DNA from: the human T2T-CHM13v2.0 reference genome, Homo sapiens
Assembly (NCBI RefSeq): GCF_009914755.1
Contig: NC_060934.1
Strand: one strand, 5' to 3'
Length of the DNA stretch: 64,000 nucleotides
Below the pieces are notes generated by a model. It worked only from the letters and a program-made list of their open reading frames with translations, had not been told where the DNA came from and did no database searches. Both the position numbers and the translations under genes were made by a program. Positions 59,517-64,000 of the stretch are shown here, piece by piece (position 1 is the stretch's first letter; every line of letters begins with the position of its first letter).

Positions 59517-59885
59517 ACTGTAACTATAGAAAAACAAATCACCCTATAAAGATCTGTAGTTTATGAAGTAGTGAAAATGATCAAATGGCTATTGCAAAAA
59601 GCTGGATATTAGGAAATGTGAATATTAATTCTGAATTTGTTACTGACTCAGGATGACCTTGCATGATGCATCCAACCTTCTTTTCTCTATATCAGAAAAC
59701 TAAAGAATAAATGTAACATCACATTCTTTTCTCCTTTGGGACAAACAACTATGTACAATTGAATAAAAATGAAATTGCATAAGTAGTGGATAGAATATGT
59801 TTGGGTTGGTTTGAACTTAGCACACTGTTTAATAATTCAACATTTTTTATACCTGTGCAATAAATTTTTAAATGATGTCTGAAAT
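59517..59885 (+). other. Candidate terminal exon (short coding tail plus 3'UTR)
   Basis: Acceptor TTTTTTCTTCAG; TVTIEKQITL* in phase 0 or CNYRKTNHPIKICSL* in phase 1; AATAAA at 59706, 59762, 59859. Confidence 0.35.
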
Positions 59886-60270
59886 GCTTTGAAATCTTCA
59901 GAAACAGGTTTATAAATGGCATAAAAAATCATTTTATTTGATCTGGTAAATAAGAAATAGAATACCACCTAAGACAGACATGAATATTTTAGTATAGCAG
60001 TCCTTGGTTCACTTACCCTTAAAAGGAATAATTCAATCAGAATTCTTTCAGGACAGTTAGATTAATTACAGAAGAAGGAAAAAAAGAATCTTCTCCCAAT
60101 TGAGCAATTAACATACTTCATCTTACAAAGGTCACTGAAGTTAATCCATGGCTATAGAACTATTGCTCTAGAAGCTTAGCACCTCCCCTTAGTACTCATT
60201 CAGTCCAGCTCCCACTTACACCCTTCCTTAGACTGCATCTAAACAATTCCAGATACACATGTTCTTTATC

Positions 60271-60582
<312 letters not shown>

Positions 60583-60879
60583 TAAGGTCCTTGTAGATAA
60601 GCAATTCCCAGTGCAATATTATTCTAGCTGATTCACTACTTTTTTCTTGCTATAAGTCCTTACATGATTGAAGGATATTATCGGAACTCATCAACTTTTT
60701 CTTCTCTATATGCTATAGTACAACCACAAGCCTAGCACTATTTAGTTTCATTTTCTAAGCATTTCTTCCACAGGATCCCTACATTGTTTTGTTGTATCCT
60801 CAGAGTTCTCAAGTTCCCAGAGTAAGCCTAAGAGTATTTTCTATGTGGTCAGTCATTATCTATCTAGAATTTTATTTTT

Positions 60880-61639
60880 TGTTTTGAAATATTTGATTGA
60901 CAAAGATTGAATATATTCAAAGTGTGCAACAAGATGATTGAGAGATATATACACATTTTGTAATGACTACCACCATTAAATTAACACGTCTATCATCACT
61001 CGTGCTGTTTATTAGGTCCCCAGAACTTGTTCATCTTATAAGTGAAAATGTGTACCTTTGATCAATATCTACTAATTTCCTCCACCCACCAATCCCTGGA
61101 AAGCACTCCTCTACCCTCTACTTCTCTGAGTTTGACATTTTCAGATTCCACATATAAGTAAGACCATACAGTATGTGTATTTCTGTGTCTGGATTACTTT
61201 GCTTAGCAAAATGTCTTCCAGGTTCAACCATACTATTGCAAAGGCAGGATTTCCTTCCTTTTTAAGGCTAAATAATATTTCATTGCTTATATGTATACCA
61301 CATTTTCTTTATTCATCTGTTAATAGACACTTAGGTTGTTTCAATATCTTGGCTGTTGTGAATAATGCTGCAATGAACGTGGGAGTGCAGCTATCTCTTC
61401 AAGATACTGATTCCATTTTCTTTGGATATATACCCAAAAGTAAGATTGATAGGTCTTATGATAGCTCTATTTCATATGTTTTTAGCAACCTCTATACTTT
61501 TTCCGAAATGACTGTACCAATTTACATTCCCAACAATGTGCAAAGGTTTCCTTTTCTTCACATCATCACTAACTCCTGTTATCTCTTGTCTTGCACACCT
61601 GTTAGGATGGCTATCATGAAAAAGATAAGAGATAACAAG
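60880..61639 (-). mobile_element. Old L1MA/MB-type 3' end with a short 5' inversion
   Basis: Perfect TSD TAGAATTTTATTTTT at 60865-60879 and 61640-61654; inverted piece 61594-61639. Confidence 0.85.
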
Positions 61640-64000
61640 TAGAATTTTATTTTTCAATTGAAAAATATTAACCCGCAGTCATTTTTATCAAATAAATTTT
61701 ATCTAACTTATTTTTATTTTTCTTCTGTTTAATAAAAGTTTGTTTTAAATTCAATTTTTATCCTACAAGGTATTATGTACCCTTCTGGCTTTGGAATTAC
61801 CTAAAAGGGGTCACACACCCAGTTTAGTAAAAGAAAAAAAAAGCAGTTGTTCACTCCTGAGCATCGTCACTAAAAAAGTACCATGTGCTGAACAATACCT
61901 GAAGCATAAGGGAAGCTTGGATATATAGAATGTATTATTAACCTGAATTGGACGTTAGCCAGAACACTGAACCTACTTCCCCCAAGAGATTGTCATAGTA
62001 CAAGTCCTCAGTACTTTAACTGCCCATCAAGAGATATCACCTTAGAAACATATTAGAACAAAATGTTGCAGCTCCCTTCTTGAGAGGTGTCAGCATGTTC
62101 TTTTTGTTACATAGATCACCAACTGCTAGACTATGTATGTCCAAAAACATTCTATCCCATATGTTCAGAACAGTGCTGGACCCTATGTACAGCACAGAAG
62201 TATACAAAATAAAGAACATATCCATATCCTTATGGAACTTACAACCTATTTAAGAAAATGGCTTATGAGAATAACAGAAAACATATAATAGCTACCAATT
62301 ATACTAAACACATGTCAGGTGCAATGTTAAGTCCTTTATACATATTTCATAGGACTTACTTTATACTTGATATATTGTTTCCTCAAAGCAAGCTATTTAA
62401 GTTAGGGTTATTTTTCCGATGCTTTTTAAAAAGAAACTCAGGTATCCAGTACAAACAGTCTAACCAGGTTTGGGTAACTACAAAGCTCACACTCTAATCA
62501 CTGTACTACATGGATTCTCAATGAGTATATCATCAATCAAATGCTAAATTGTATGACACAAATAAAAGCTAAGAATGGCAAAGAGTGAAGAGTTATATTG
62601 ACTAGAGGTCACAGGAGGAGGTGTTATGAGGGAGGCTAGACTTCAGTTTGACTTTAAAGAATGATTTAAGTATGTAAAATGAAACGGGCTGTACATTCTA
62701 AATACGAAGTTATATAAACCTTGTGCACAGGTCAGAAGGCAAGAATAGTATGCCGTGATCAGAGAGACAAGAATCAGATACGTGATGTGTTCCAACATGC
62801 ATGCAGGTCTGAAGTACAATAATTTAATTTTACATATTTTTATATCAATGTCTAAATGTGCTTTAGTCTATATAATGTTCAACTCAATAATGTCAACTTT
62901 AATTTATATCAAAAGACTTCAGAAGCCTCTGGAAATGGATGTGTTTTATAATGTTATTATAAGTTTTAAGGGTAGATAAAGAGAGGAATGAATTACATTA
63001 GAGTCCACATTATCAAACCTTATTTTGTTTTACTTCACAAAACGAAAGCTCTAAGGAAACCTCTTGATTTATAAGCACTCAAATTAATACATAAATCTGA
63101 GATCGATATAATAGCTGGAACTTGTTATTACCATTCCTATGTCACACCAACTAGAAGGATGAAAACCAAGTAGTCCAAGCAGATAAACTCCAAGACTGTA
63201 CCTGCCTTTCGATAGTAAGAACCAAAAGAGTGTCCAAATTCTCCGGTTAATCCTGCTTTGTCATCCGTTTACTTTAGGCTGATTCATCCCAGTAAACCCA
63301 CCACCTCACCTATCACAGCCTCCTCTCACACCTTTTCCAATCAAAGCTATTTCAACATTAGTCTTTTTGAAAGTAGGAAAATGTAGAGATGTTGTGCCCT
63401 GACCCAAGGAATAGCTGATGTGCAGGCACTCACTCTTTTAAATAAATAAATACTAAGTTCAGACCTAGGAAAGAAAGCACAGTAACCTCAGAAAAACAGA
63501 AGTGAGAGAATGGAGCAAAGAACTCCAGTAGTCTTATCTTGTGCCGAGAAAGAAATCTCTCAAAGATGATGTTAAAAATATCATAGAAGGGGACAGAAAA
63601 TAAAACCTAATGGATGACTCCAATAAAATAATTATAGTCAATTCATTGGACATCCATAATTCAGAGTTAACACTGGCATTTTCTGTTTGTTTTAAAAAAT
63701 GGATAGAAGAATAAAATATGTTAGGAGAAAACCTCAATAATACATAGGGGCAAGGGAAAATCTCTCAGCCCTTGGTATCCAGGAAACCAAAGGCTTATGC
63801 TCTTTTGAATTTTAAATGTGTAGCAAAACACATTGATTTTAATTGCCTATAATCTGAGGTCAAACCTTTTGGCATGGTTCTTTGTTCATAGCAACAACAC
63901 CACCAATAATATTTACTGAGGATTTGCCATGAGTCAGATACTGTTAGGAGCACTGGAGAGGATACAGCATTAAAGGTGACAGACGAGGCCCTGTCCTTTT

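Overview
This is primate (human-like, catarrhine) repeat-rich intronic or intergenic DNA. No intact protein-coding gene is recognisable: every long ORF in the track is a LINE-1 ORF1/ORF2 remnant or an Alu/antisense-L1 artefact. The window is dominated by nested retroelements. (A) An old ~9.4 kb L1PA15/16-type element (20478-29840, +) has a tandem ~113-bp monomer 5'UTR and hosts a MER9 solo LTR, a template-switch micro-inversion and a twin-primed L1PA3-type insertion. (B) A full-length L1PA7-type element (41253-47743, -) has a TSD, an open ORF0 homologue and a mutated YY1 site. (C) An old L1M fragment (51320-56815) hosts three Alus and a truncated L1PA6-type copy, and an Alu and that L1 share one target site, leaving a triplicated TSD. 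The most notable observation is that the L1PA7- and L1PA6-type copies, 12.26 kb apart, share at least 8 unusual substitutions, which suggests patchy non-allelic gene conversion. Three weak exon candidates and several enhancer-like unique islands are also noted. Subfamily names come from recalled consensus features and were not checked by database search.
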